NCBI RefSeq assembly: GCF_037902255.1 | Contig: NZ_CP147990.1 | Coordinates: 2,760,001-2,792,000, forward strand | DNA from: Candidatus Electrothrix sp. GW3-4 | GTDB taxonomy: Bacteria > Desulfobacterota > Desulfobulbia > Desulfobulbales > Desulfobulbaceae | Length of the DNA stretch: 32,000 nt | Direction of reading: 5' to 3' | In this document: piece by piece, positions 1-9,417 of the stretch | Layout: the number at the start of each line of letters is the position of its first letter | Position numbering within the stretch: position 1 is the first letter of the stretch | Notes under the pieces: model-generated | What the model was told of the DNA's origin: nothing | The model's database searches: none | The model's input: the letters and a program-made list of their open reading frames with translations, nothing else | Translations under genes and position numbers: made by a program

Positions 1-812
1 GAGGTCAAGGAACCTGGTTTTTTAAGAATTGCATCCGGGATACCGACCTTACCGGCATCATGGAGGAGGGCAGCACAACTGAGGAGATCGCAATACTTGG
101 TGATCTCAGCCTGAGGTACTTGCCGTTTTTCAGCCCACCGCTTATAGATCTCAACACTGTAGGCACTGACCCGGTGGACATGTGCTCCGGTCTCTTCAGG
201 ATCATGCAATTCTGCCATTTTTACCATACGCAGAATCAATTCATGGTTCAGTATACTTCGTTCAATAATGGCGGCTGCATTATTGCTGAAGACACGAACC
301 CACATCCTCCCCTGTTCAGAAAACCTTGTTACGCGCCCTTGCTCGTCCTTCGCATTGATAAGCTGCATAACACCAACCAAGCCTTGGTTATCCAAGGAAA
401 CAAGAGGGACTGTTAGAATGGAAGTAGTATGATAACGATTTTTCCTGTCAATAGAGTCATTAAATCGATAGGGCACATCCGAAGAAATATTATAGGCGTC
501 ATCAATAGCCACAATCTCTTTGGTCAGAGCGGAAAAGCCGACAATGGAATCCTCGCTTATGGGGATGCTTATATTTTTGTACTGGGCTGCCCCGGCACCT
601 TTTTCACCGAAAAGCGTGTCATTTTGCACATGACGAAACTCCAGCTTATCTCCGTTGATAAGAAAGATGGAGCCTGCGTCGGCATGGGTCAGGTTCCGTG
701 CTTCGAACAGCGTGGAATCCAAGATTGTACTGACATCCCGCAGCTGATTCAGCGCACTTATTTTGTTAAGAATTAAAGATAATTTAATTTCCTTCTGCTG
801 CCGTCCGCTCAT
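1..812 (-). CDS. GAF + HD-GYP domain protein (putative cyclic-di-GMP phosphodiesterase); C-terminal part lies beyond the left window edge
   Basis: This gene is not in the ORF track because it has no in-window stop. Manual minus-strand translation from the ATG (complement of 810-812) is open down to position 3. It reads MSGRQQKEIKLSLILNKISALNQLRDVSTILDSTLFEARNLTHADAGSIFLING...ILTVPLVSLDNQGLVGVMQLINAKD (GAF-like), then MAELHDPEETGAHVHRVSAYSVEIY...AALLHDAGKVGIPDAILKKPGSLT, which carries the HD and HDxGK motifs of HD-GYP domains. Confidence 0.8.
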   Translation of the reverse strand, partial: MSGRQQKEIKLSLILNKISALNQLRDVSTILDSTLFEARNLTHADAGSIFLINGDKLEFRHVQNDTLFGEKGAGAAQYKNISIPISEDSIVGFSALTKEIVAIDDAYNISSDVPYRFNDSIDRKNRYHTTSILTVPLVSLDNQGLVGVMQLINAKDEQGRVTRFSEQGRMWVRVFSNNAAAIIERSILNHELILRMVKMAELHDPEETGAHVHRVSAYSVEIYKRWAEKRQVPQAEITKYCDLLSCAALLHDAGKVGIPDAILKKPGSLT

Positions 813-1273
813 GTGTTTTTTTATTGATACATCACGTCGAATGCCAGCAGCAGGCACAATGCCATCTCCAGACATCCACCTGCTGCCGCCTTGTACCGGC
901 ACGATTTTTTATAGAGGACAGTATACTCCCCGCTCCTGCGGAAGCGACAGAAAATACTAAAAAACAGCATCATAGACAGAATCACCCTTCCCCTGGTACT
1001 GTCTGGAACAATATCCTGCTTTTTCGATGTTCCGGGCCTCCCTCACCAGGGAGGCTGTGCCGTGGAATATACAGTTAGAAGATAGGGTATAGTTTTAGCA
1101 AGGTTTTTTCAACAATAAAATACCGTTGAGAAAAAACCAGGAGGTAGCCCAGCTCTCTCCATCGAACTGAAGTTCAGTAACATACTGAAAAACACGACGA
1201 GAACAGCGCGGCGTGAGTTTTGCACTGCTTTTTTGCAACAAACCGCCTTGGAAAACCTGAAAAAGTGGCACCC

Positions 1274-1894
1274 CTAGCCAACCATCATACCAACGGTGAA
1301 ATTAATAATCGGCATTATTACCTTACCAATAATCCCCATATAAAAGAGAACCAGCAGGATAAGAAAACCGTAGGGCTCCAGGCGGGCATAGCCCATCGCC
1401 TTATCTGGCGGAAGAACCCCCATCAAAATCTTTGAACCATCCAAAGGGGGGATGGGAAGCATATTGAACACTGCCAGCATAACGTTAATCCATACAGAGG
1501 CCGCGAGCATAGCAAAAACGGGATCTGAGAGAAAAGCAGGAAGCGCAGGCAAAATAATAAGCAGGCGCAGGAGCAGTACACTACACACGGCAAGCAATAT
1601 ATTGGCCACAGGGCCAGCAATGGCCGTGAGCAACATACCTTTCTGAGGATCCTTAAAATATCGGGGATCCACAGGGACAGGTTTTGCCCAGCCTATCTTC
1701 ATGATCAAAAAAGCAAGCACCCCAAAGGGATCAAGATGCTTGAGCGGATTCATTGTCAGCCTGCCCTCCTCTTTGGCAGTAGGGTCTCCCAACTTCCATG
1801 CCACATAACCATGGGCCAGCTCATGAAAGGTCAGGGCAAAGAGAAAAGGAGGGGCGGTAATAATAAGCTGTTGAATGGTGTGATTCAGGGCCAT
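1274..1894 (-). CDS. Site-2 protease family (peptidase M50) membrane zinc metalloprotease
   Basis: 206-aa ORF with the HExxH motif (FHELAHGYVA) in a hydrophobic context and multiple predicted transmembrane stretches. A PIPPLDGSKIL segment is typical of M50. The start lies 7 nt downstream of the preceding gene, which suggests an operon. Confidence 0.85.
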   Translation of the reverse strand: MALNHTIQQLIITAPPFLFALTFHELAHGYVAWKLGDPTAKEEGRLTMNPLKHLDPFGVLAFLIMKIGWAKPVPVDPRYFKDPQKGMLLTAIAGPVANILLAVCSVLLLRLLIILPALPAFLSDPVFAMLAASVWINVMLAVFNMLPIPPLDGSKILMGVLPPDKAMGYARLEPYGFLILLVLFYMGIIGKVIMPIINFTVGMMVG

Positions 1895-1900
1895 AGTTTT

Positions 1901-4636
1901 TCAGTGATCAGAAGGGGAGTTAAAAAAATTCAGAGAGCCCACAGGGTATTTTTGTCGAATCAGGGAAACAGCCTCTTCTTTCCTGGAGACCTCACCGTTG
2001 AGTTGGGCACCCAGGGAGTAATTAATCATAATGCGGAACGAGGTCCCTGGAGTATACCCCAGTTCCATCAGGTCCTGTCCCGTCAACAGAGGCCGAACTC
2101 CACGCAGGTGGGTTACATAATGAGAGACTTTTTGGCGAATATGGTTTTTCCGGGCAATACTCATCAGGTACAAAAGCCCTTCATTCGCCAAGGGTTCCAG
2201 GAGCCAGTAGATCTCAGCAGGCTCCATTTCCGGTCGTCGCAACATATGCTGAGCAATATGATCCGCCTTCCGCTTCTGGCGAAAAAGCCGCTTGCGATGC
2301 TTGGGTGGCAGCTCAAAGCGGTGGCAAAAATTGCGCAGTTCCTGCTCACGGGAACGACTGAATACGGCCAGCAGACAGACCATCCAGGTCTTGCAACGCA
2401 TTGCCCGCTCTCCAACCCCCTCTAAATAGAGGAGTTTAAACCAGGAGATCGTCTTTTCTGCCTGGGTAAGGATATGAATAAAGCGGCGATCTATCTTCAG
2501 GTTGGGACGTAAATCCGGCCAGAGAACAGGAAAGAGGTTAAAGGCGTCCAGTCTGCGCAGAGAGGCCAGGGGATGATCTTCCGAGAAGATCAGCTTCAGC
2601 TCGCTAAAGAAGCGAGGCCCGGAAAATTTCTCATACATATGCATCCGAACAGCGTTCCGCATCAGCTTTTCCGTATGCCTGCTGATCTGAAAATCAAGCC
2701 GCTGCTCAAAGCGAACCGCCCGGAAAATACGGGTGGGATCCTCCACAAAGCTGAGGTTATGCAGGACCCTGATCCGCCGTTCCTTGAGATCATTCTGCGA
2801 GTTGAAAAAATCCACCAGCAGACCAAAGCGCTCTGGATTAAGGTGGATCGCCATGGCATTGATGGTAAAATCACGACGAAAAAGGTCCTGTTTCAGAGAA
2901 CTATGCTCCACTGTGGGCATGGCTGCAGGAAAGGCATAATACTCCAGCCGTGCTGTCGCCACATCAATACGCATGCCGTCAGGCAAGATGACTGTGGCGG
3001 TGGCAAATTTCTCGTGGGTACGAACCGTAGCCTGTTTCTTGGCAGCCAGCTCCTTGGCGAACAGGATACCGTCCCCTTCCACCACAATATCAATATCCAG
3101 ATTCTTGGTCTGCAAAAGCAGATCCCGGGCAAAACCACCCACGGCGTAGACATGCATGGCAACACCATGAGCTATCTCCCCGATTTCCCGCAAGAGAAGA
3201 ATAACATCCCGACGCAGGGTGTCTGTCATCAGCGAGCTGATATTGCGGGTCCGCTCTGTGGATGGATGCTCATCCCCATGAAACAGGTCCCGGGGAAGAT
3301 GTGCCGGATCATTGATCAGCAGATTAAGCAGGTCCGTACGAGTAATAACACCGCAGATAATGCGCTCGTTTTCTTCCCCTGTTGTTTCCCGGACAATAGG
3401 GATGAGCCGCTGTCGGTTTTCTATGATCAGTTCTTGAATATCAGCCTGGGTTGCGGTTTCCGGCAGCGTAGCAAGATCCGTTGTCATATACTCGCTGATC
3501 GGCATTTCACCAAGCCTATGGGCAATGGCCTTGGTAATATCCCGTCGGGAAATGATCCCCAGGAGTCCTGTTGGCTTCTTTCGCTCGAAATTATCACGAA
3601 CCACTGGCAGGACATTAATATTATAACGGGCTAAGAGCGCATTCGCCTCTTTATGGGTAACATCCGGCGTGGCCGTTATGACCGGAGAGGACATCAGCTC
3701 CCCAGCCATAGCCCGGGGTTTCACATGACGGTGCAAGCAAGAGAGCAGCTCCTCCTCAGCCTCAAACAAGGTCTTGTCGCGAATGGTGGCCGAGGCAGCC
3801 GCTGCATGCCCACCACCGCCCATTTCCCGGGCTATAACGCCGACATTGACCTCAGGAATCCTGCTGCGACAGATAAGATAAAGCCGCTCCCCCATACAGA
3901 CCAGGGAGAACACCGCGTCCAAATTTTCCATCACCATCATCCTGCGCACCAGGACCGCAAAATCATCCACATAAGCGGGCAAGGTCAGGCGACTGACCGT
4001 AATCTGCACCGAGTGGACCAAGTAGGTCATAGCGTTTTCCAGGAGAAGGCTGAGCAGGGGGATTTGTTCGGCAGAAAGATCTCTGGTAATAAACTGATTG
4101 ACAATATCCAAATCAGCCCCCTGCTCCAGCAACCAGGCAGCGGCATGTAAATCAGCCGGAGTGGTGGTGGCATAGAGAAAGGATCCGGTATCCTCATGCA
4201 GACCGAGACTGAGCAGGGTGGCCTCATCAGGAAACAGGTTCATTCCCTGTTCTTGCAGCAGCGCAACAAAAATAGCCGTGGTTGAGCCAACCGCTTCAAC
4301 ATGCTCGACAGCACCGTGCATGTCGCCGGGTGCATCAGGATGATGATCATAGAGATGGATCTCAAGGCCCGGATTGTTCAGACAGACCTCTAAGGGCCCC
4401 AGGCGATTGGCCTGGCGGGTATCGACCACAATAAGACGGGTGACAGAGGAGAGATCAACATGTTTGACCTTCTTGAATCCATAGAGATTGCGAATATCCT
4501 GGGAAAGGAAATCACGTAACGGGCGCTCTGTGGAGCCAGCAAAGACCAAGCTTGCCTTGGGATACAGTTTTTTGGCCGCCACCATTGAGGCAAGTCCATC
4601 AAAATCAGCGTTGATGTGGGTTGTGATGATTTCCAT
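1901..4636 (-). CDS. DHH/DHHA1 - tandem CBS - poly(A) polymerase/CCA-adding tRNA nucleotidyltransferase fusion protein
   Basis: 911-aa ORF. The N-terminus reads ITTHINADFDGLASMV...DHH (DHH phosphoesterase) followed by GGGHAAAA (DHHA1). The middle has CBS-like pairs (MSSPVITATPD..., ISEYMTTDLATL...). The C-terminus reads YAVGGFARDLLLQTKNLDIDIVVEG and RRDFTINAM, the nucleotidyltransferase head motifs of the CCA/PAP family. Confidence 0.85.
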   Translation of the reverse strand: MEIITTHINADFDGLASMVAAKKLYPKASLVFAGSTERPLRDFLSQDIRNLYGFKKVKHVDLSSVTRLIVVDTRQANRLGPLEVCLNNPGLEIHLYDHHPDAPGDMHGAVEHVEAVGSTTAIFVALLQEQGMNLFPDEATLLSLGLHEDTGSFLYATTTPADLHAAAWLLEQGADLDIVNQFITRDLSAEQIPLLSLLLENAMTYLVHSVQITVSRLTLPAYVDDFAVLVRRMMVMENLDAVFSLVCMGERLYLICRSRIPEVNVGVIAREMGGGGHAAAASATIRDKTLFEAEEELLSCLHRHVKPRAMAGELMSSPVITATPDVTHKEANALLARYNINVLPVVRDNFERKKPTGLLGIISRRDITKAIAHRLGEMPISEYMTTDLATLPETATQADIQELIIENRQRLIPIVRETTGEENERIICGVITRTDLLNLLINDPAHLPRDLFHGDEHPSTERTRNISSLMTDTLRRDVILLLREIGEIAHGVAMHVYAVGGFARDLLLQTKNLDIDIVVEGDGILFAKELAAKKQATVRTHEKFATATVILPDGMRIDVATARLEYYAFPAAMPTVEHSSLKQDLFRRDFTINAMAIHLNPERFGLLVDFFNSQNDLKERRIRVLHNLSFVEDPTRIFRAVRFEQRLDFQISRHTEKLMRNAVRMHMYEKFSGPRFFSELKLIFSEDHPLASLRRLDAFNLFPVLWPDLRPNLKIDRRFIHILTQAEKTISWFKLLYLEGVGERAMRCKTWMVCLLAVFSRSREQELRNFCHRFELPPKHRKRLFRQKRKADHIAQHMLRRPEMEPAEIYWLLEPLANEGLLYLMSIARKNHIRQKVSHYVTHLRGVRPLLTGQDLMELGYTPGTSFRIMINYSLGAQLNGEVSRKEEAVSLIRQKYPVGSLNFFNSPSDH

Positions 4637-4787
4637 GCCCTTAACCTTACCCCATTCTGTCGAGCAGGTAAAATATTTTCAGGACAGGGAAGAGCGAATG
4701 GCTCCCTGACAGAAAAAATATCATCTTGGCTGGCCTGCCTCCAATGTCCCAAATTCCCCAAAGAACCCCTCTGCAAAACCACACACC

Positions 4788-5390
4788 TTAGCGCTCTCCC
4801 TTCCTGCATTGTCCGAGGACCCATGCCACTGCCTCTGGCAGATCCTCAGCCACCCTGCCAGGTTGCATCTCCTGCTGAGGCCCGATATATTCCAGATCCC
4901 CCCGACCATAGCCAGTAAGCACCAGGATGGAGGTGGCTCCGACCTGGGCCCCGCATCGCAGATCAGACCAACGATCCCCCACCATGAACGAACGAGACAG
5001 ATCAAGCTGGAGCTCTGCGGCAGCCTGTTCCAGCAGGCCCGTCTTGGGCTTGCGGCAATCACAGTCCTTACGGAACTGCTCTTCCTTGGCCTCTGGGTGA
5101 TGGGGACAGATATAGAGGCCATCGATATGGGCCCCTTCTGCGGCTAATTCCCGCTCCATCCGGGCATGCACTTCCTCTAATAAGGAGGGAGGGAAATAGC
5201 CCCGGGCCAGACCGGATTGATTGGTCACCACCACCACGGGAATACCCTGCTCATTCAAGGTCCGGATGGCCTGGGCAGCGCCAGGCAAGAGGATGAATCG
5301 GCTGATATGGTTGATATAGCCCATCTGCTCGTTGATGGTGCCGTCGCGATCCAGGAAGACCGCAGGTCGTTGGGTCATTTTTTTGATCAT
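4788..5390 (-). CDS. gmhB: D-glycero-beta-D-manno-heptose-1,7-bisphosphate 7-phosphatase (HAD-IIIA)
   Basis: 200-aa ORF. It has the FLDRDGTIN HAD motif I, TNQSG motif II, the Zn-loop CPHHP...CDCRKPKTGLL, and MVGDRWSDL motif IV. Confidence 0.85.
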   Translation of the reverse strand: MIKKMTQRPAVFLDRDGTINEQMGYINHISRFILLPGAAQAIRTLNEQGIPVVVVTNQSGLARGYFPPSLLEEVHARMERELAAEGAHIDGLYICPHHPEAKEEQFRKDCDCRKPKTGLLEQAAAELQLDLSRSFMVGDRWSDLRCGAQVGATSILVLTGYGRGDLEYIGPQQEMQPGRVAEDLPEAVAWVLGQCRKGER

Positions 5391-5568
5391 TTTTCACATA
5401 ATACTTTCCTGCCCCAGAGGGACAGGATGGGAGGGATAACGTTGAGAATGCCCTAGGGCGAGCCCCTGTGTTCGCCCTGAACGTCCCGTGCAATATAAAC
5501 GGACAGGCACAGGGACCTGCCCCTACAAGATGTACTGAAAAAAGGAAACTTATTTTCTCAAGAATCCC

Positions 5569-8478
5569 TTACTCTTTTTTAGTCGGCAGCAAAATAACCT
5601 CTGCTGCCTTTTCCGGCTGGAGATATTTGGCCGCAAGGGCAGAGAGCTCCTCAACAGTAATTGCGGCAATATCGCTTAGAATGGTCTTGGGCCATTCTAA
5701 GCGCTCAGGATGGCGGGACGAATCGACTAACACCGAGTCCATCCAGTATCGATTGGTCCGAACCACATCGCGGAGAGAGGTCAGGGTAGGTTCAACGGCC
5801 CGTTCCAGCTCATCTGCACCAATCTTCTTCTTGGTGAGCTGCGCCCCAAGCTGTTTCAGCCTGGCCACCACCATTGCTGCCTGAGGAGGATCAACCACCA
5901 CCACAGTACGTAAGACACCATAGCCGGGATCAACCAGGCTGGAACGGTTATAGGCGTAGGGCGAATAGGCAGCACCCAGTTCCTCCCGGATCAGCTTGCG
6001 CATCCGGTCATCAAGCACTGAGGCCAACATATTCAGTCGCCGGGTACGGGAGATATCCCAGAAATCATCGGTGGGCCAGGCAACAGTGACCATGCCCTTT
6101 TCGCTATGGGTTGTCACAGGCAGGGACAAGGACTGACCAGAGGGAAAGGCGATCTGCTCTCCTTTGAGCTGTTGCACACCCTTTCTCGCCTGCCCAGCAA
6201 AATAGCGCCCGACCAGGTCCACAATCTCCTTCTGCTCAAAATCACCCACCACAGAGATCTCCAGCCCGCTTTGTTGAAACACAGGACGCAGCCAGTGCTC
6301 AATATCAGCAACCGTTATCTTATCCAGCAGCTCTAACGGCACCGCCCCATAACGGAGGTTACCATCGGCGAGAAACCGTTCCCCCTGCAGATGCATCATC
6401 CCTTCCACAGAACTTTCCATCTGGGCATAGGTCTGACGGATCCGCTCCATTCCCCGCGCAAAGGCCTCCTCCCGAAAGGCCGGATCCGCAAGATGGGTAT
6501 AGAGGAGTTGAAAAAGAAGCTCGCTCTCAGACTTCAACCCTTTACCCTGGAACTGAAAGCTATCCGCCTCGATCTGGAAATGTACATGGGCTGAATAGGG
6601 AGCCAGCACCTCCTTGAGTTGCTCCTTGGTCAGCCCCCCCACCCCGCTTTCTGGCAGCAACATTTCAGCCAGCAGGGCCAGACCAGGTTTGGTCTCAGCA
6701 AGCCTGCCATGCCCCAGAACTGCGGTCACCCTGATCTCGTTGGGCTCAAAATCAGTATGCTTTACATTGAGGACCAGGCCATTCTGAAAGACATAGCGTT
6801 CTGCGGCGATATCCTTATAGCTGATATGCTCGGCAACCTCGCCCTGCACCTCCGGGAGGGGGAGATAGGGAAAAACCGCCTCTTTATCCTGTACCCAGGC
6901 CGTAACTTCTGCCTGCCCGGCCTTCTGAAGAGTCTTGAGGATGGTCTCCTCCGGGGAGAGGCCCTCTTCTGTATTCAGCTCTGTGTTCCCCATGACCTTG
7001 ACCAGGCGACGCGCATGCCACATCTCCCCAAAGACCTGGTTGACCTCTGCTAAGGTCATCTTTTCCAAGGCCGGGGCCAGCAGGGCCAGTTCCTGCGCTG
7101 GTGAAAGAAAGACCTCATGATCATTGAGGCTGCGGATAATCCTGGAGACCAGATCCTGACTCTCCCGGCTCTCTGCGACCTGCACCTCCTTCTTTAAGTG
7201 GGTGAGGATCTCTTTTTTGGCCCGGCTCAATTCGGAGGCCACAAAGCCAAAGTCCAGGGCCTGGCGCAAAGCCGTCGTCAGGGTCTCCAAGGTCTGGGCC
7301 CAATTGGCAGGCGATGTCCTGGCATCCAGGGAGGTATAGCCCAGACGACGGAGAAAGACACCACTGGAAAAACCAGCCCTGGTCATAGGGCTCTTGGCTT
7401 GATTGACAAGATGCTGCAAGCGGTTATCCATCATAGCCTGGGCAACATATTTCTTGAGATCAAGGAGGGCCTCTGCCTTGGTGGGTTGTGGCAGCTCAAC
7501 ATTCCAGACAGACTCAAGGGAGACCTGAGTGTAGCCCAGATCGCTCTCAAAGAGATAGATAGGCTCGGTACCGCTTTCTGCGACCCGACCAAAATCCAGA
7601 CAGGGCGGAGCAGGTGCCTTGGCCTGCAGGCTGCTGAACTGCTTTTTGATGAGCTGTTCCAACAGGTCAAGATCCGTATCCCCCACAGCGACCAGGATCA
7701 TATTCTCTGGTCGGTACCAGGTTTCATAATACTGTCTGAGCAGGGCCGAATCAGCCGTCTTCAGGACCTCATCAAGACCGATTATCTCCCGTTGGGCAAT
7801 CAGGGTACCAGCAAGCCCCTGTTCTGTACTCTTCTTCGTGACCCGCCTGGATGCAGAGTCCCTGGTTCGTTTTTCGGCAAGGATAATGCCCCGTTCCTTA
7901 TCCACCTCGTCTTCCAGGAGCAGGGCCCCACCCGCATAATCCATCAAGACCACCAGGCCATCGTGCAGGGTCTTCTCCTTGCCATTGGGCAGGAGCAGCT
8001 TGTACACGGTCTCGTCATAAAAGGTATGGGCATTGGTGTCTCCACCAAAGTCCATGCCGATAGACTGAAAATACTCCACCAAGGCCCCTGGGGGATAATG
8101 GGTGCTGCCGTTAAAGAGCATATGTTCCAGATAATGAGCCAGACCTCGCTGCTCTTCCGTTTCATGGAGGGAACCGGATTGGACATCCAAATACATGGCA
8201 ACCCGGCCCTTGGGCTCGTGATTAGGCATCAACACATAACGCAACCCGTTTTCCAGGGTGCCAAAGATCAAGGAAGGATCAGGCTTGAGATCGCTTTGCG
8301 CATGGGGCCAGCCCTTACTGATACAAAGTTTTGTCGAGATACTTGTTGAACCTTCTGTTGAACCTTGTCTCGACGAAGCTGGGGCTTCCCTGGCCAGAGA
8401 TGCACTGGTGTAACCAAGGGTTGCAAGAACGCAGAAAAATAAAAAGATACGCAGGAAACGAGTACGCTTGAGGTGCAT
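5569..8478 (-). CDS. Secreted M16 (pitrilysin/insulinase) family zinc peptidase, two-unit architecture
   Basis: The inverted zinc motif HxxEH is present (LAHYLEHMLFNGS). At about 970 codons the length fits a tandem M16 active plus inactive unit. I place the start at the internal ATG (complement of 8476-8478), which gives MHLKRTRFLRIFLFFCVLATLGYTSASLA, a signal-peptide-like N-terminus with an AAGGA 8 nt upstream. The track start at 8631 adds a non-homologous leader. Confidence 0.85.
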   Translation of the reverse strand: MHLKRTRFLRIFLFFCVLATLGYTSASLAREAPASSRQGSTEGSTSISTKLCISKGWPHAQSDLKPDPSLIFGTLENGLRYVLMPNHEPKGRVAMYLDVQSGSLHETEEQRGLAHYLEHMLFNGSTHYPPGALVEYFQSIGMDFGGDTNAHTFYDETVYKLLLPNGKEKTLHDGLVVLMDYAGGALLLEDEVDKERGIILAEKRTRDSASRRVTKKSTEQGLAGTLIAQREIIGLDEVLKTADSALLRQYYETWYRPENMILVAVGDTDLDLLEQLIKKQFSSLQAKAPAPPCLDFGRVAESGTEPIYLFESDLGYTQVSLESVWNVELPQPTKAEALLDLKKYVAQAMMDNRLQHLVNQAKSPMTRAGFSSGVFLRRLGYTSLDARTSPANWAQTLETLTTALRQALDFGFVASELSRAKKEILTHLKKEVQVAESRESQDLVSRIIRSLNDHEVFLSPAQELALLAPALEKMTLAEVNQVFGEMWHARRLVKVMGNTELNTEEGLSPEETILKTLQKAGQAEVTAWVQDKEAVFPYLPLPEVQGEVAEHISYKDIAAERYVFQNGLVLNVKHTDFEPNEIRVTAVLGHGRLAETKPGLALLAEMLLPESGVGGLTKEQLKEVLAPYSAHVHFQIEADSFQFQGKGLKSESELLFQLLYTHLADPAFREEAFARGMERIRQTYAQMESSVEGMMHLQGERFLADGNLRYGAVPLELLDKITVADIEHWLRPVFQQSGLEISVVGDFEQKEIVDLVGRYFAGQARKGVQQLKGEQIAFPSGQSLSLPVTTHSEKGMVTVAWPTDDFWDISRTRRLNMLASVLDDRMRKLIREELGAAYSPYAYNRSSLVDPGYGVLRTVVVVDPPQAAMVVARLKQLGAQLTKKKIGADELERAVEPTLTSLRDVVRTNRYWMDSVLVDSSRHPERLEWPKTILSDIAAITVEELSALAAKYLQPEKAAEVILLPTKKE

Positions 8479-8727
8479 AGAACGATCCTTTCTCATAAGG
8501 GTTGGGGTTGACACGATCTTAACATTGAGTTCCAAAAACTGGAAAAAGGATACCATGTTTATCCCTGGAGCCCAAAGAAATAAAGAAAGAAATTTCCTCA
8601 CTTGAAACTCCTCATCTGGAAAAACGCCCATAGAAACCTTTGCCGCAAGCTCAGGATTAGGGTATATTTTTTTAAGAACTCCGCAGCCTCCTCTACAACA
8701 TTCTTGTTCCTCCGTCTCTCAGAGCTT

Positions 8728-9402
8728 ATGAAGATCCTCCTGGTTGAAGATGACCGAAAAATCAAGGCCTTTGTCCAAAAAGGTCTCAAAGAACTGGGCT
8801 TTTATGTCACAGCCTGCGAGGATGGTGATGAAGGCTATTATATTGCCACCAGCCAGTCCTTTGATGCCCTGATCCTGGATATCATGCTCCCTGGACGGGA
8901 CGGCCTCAGCATCCTGCGCAACCTGCGCGAACAGAAAAACACGGTGCCAGTCATCCTGCTCACAGCCCGCTCCGCCCTGAACGAACGCCTGGAAGGCCTG
9001 AACCTGGGCGCAGATGATTATCTCTGCAAACCCTTCTTTATTGAGGAGCTGGCAGCCCGCCTCCATGCCGTCAGCCGCCGGGCCTCAGGCAAGACCCTCA
9101 ATCTCCTCCAATGCGGCGACCTGGTGGTGGACCTGATCAGCCGGGCAGTCAAGATTGGCGAACAGGGCATTGATCTGACAGCCCGAGAATTCACCCTCCT
9201 GGAACTCCTCCTGCGCAGCCCGGACCGGGTCTACACCCGGACCCAGATCCTTGAGCATGTCTGGGGCTATGATTTTGATCCGCAAACCAATGTGGTGGAT
9301 GTCTATATCCGGCGCCTGCGCAATAAGATCAAGGAGTTTTCCAGTGCCCCGGTGATCGAAACGGTCCGCGGGGTGGGTTATCGCCTCAAAGAGCCCGTAT
9401 AG
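8728..9402 (+). CDS. OmpR/PhoB-family response regulator (CusR/CopR-like)
   Basis: MKILLVEDDRKI...ALILDIMLPGRDG...LLTAR...GADDYLCKPF is a receiver domain. The winged-helix output reads LTAREFTLLELLLR...VDVYIRRLRNKI...TVRGVGYRL. I moved the start to the ATG at 8728, the canonical MKILLVEDD N-terminus. Confidence 0.9.
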   Translation: MKILLVEDDRKIKAFVQKGLKELGFYVTACEDGDEGYYIATSQSFDALILDIMLPGRDGLSILRNLREQKNTVPVILLTARSALNERLEGLNLGADDYLCKPFFIEELAARLHAVSRRASGKTLNLLQCGDLVVDLISRAVKIGEQGIDLTAREFTLLELLLRSPDRVYTRTQILEHVWGYDFDPQTNVVDVYIRRLRNKIKEFSSAPVIETVRGVGYRLKEPV

Positions 9403-9417
9403 GCAGCGGAGCAGGCC

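Noticed and set aside
60-776. Track ORFs 60-416 (+) and 429-776 (+)
   Set aside because: They are antisense to the uninterrupted GAF/HD-GYP frame on the minus strand. Their products have no protein-like motifs, so they are shadow ORFs.
858-1010. Possible 50-54 codon minus-strand ORF just upstream of the HD-GYP gene (MMLFFSIFCRFRRSGEY...)
   Set aside because: It has no convincing RBS and a cysteine/arginine-rich composition, so it is probably promoter or leader sequence.
1736-4150. Long + strand ORFs (1736-2425, 2573-3634, 3653-4150) inside the DHH-CBS-CCA gene
   Set aside because: They are antisense shadow ORFs of a well-supported 911-aa minus-strand gene, and their sequences are low-complexity and arginine/glycine/proline-biased.
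7198-8349. 383-aa + strand ORF
   Set aside because: It lies entirely antisense to the M16 peptidase gene, which carries the HxxEH motif. It has no motifs of its own.
8602-8727. Upstream extensions of the response regulator (start 8602) and the M16 peptidase (start 8631)
   Set aside because: The extensions overlap each other in the divergent intergenic region and add non-homologous sequence. Internal ATGs give the canonical MKILLVEDD and a signal-peptide N-terminus.
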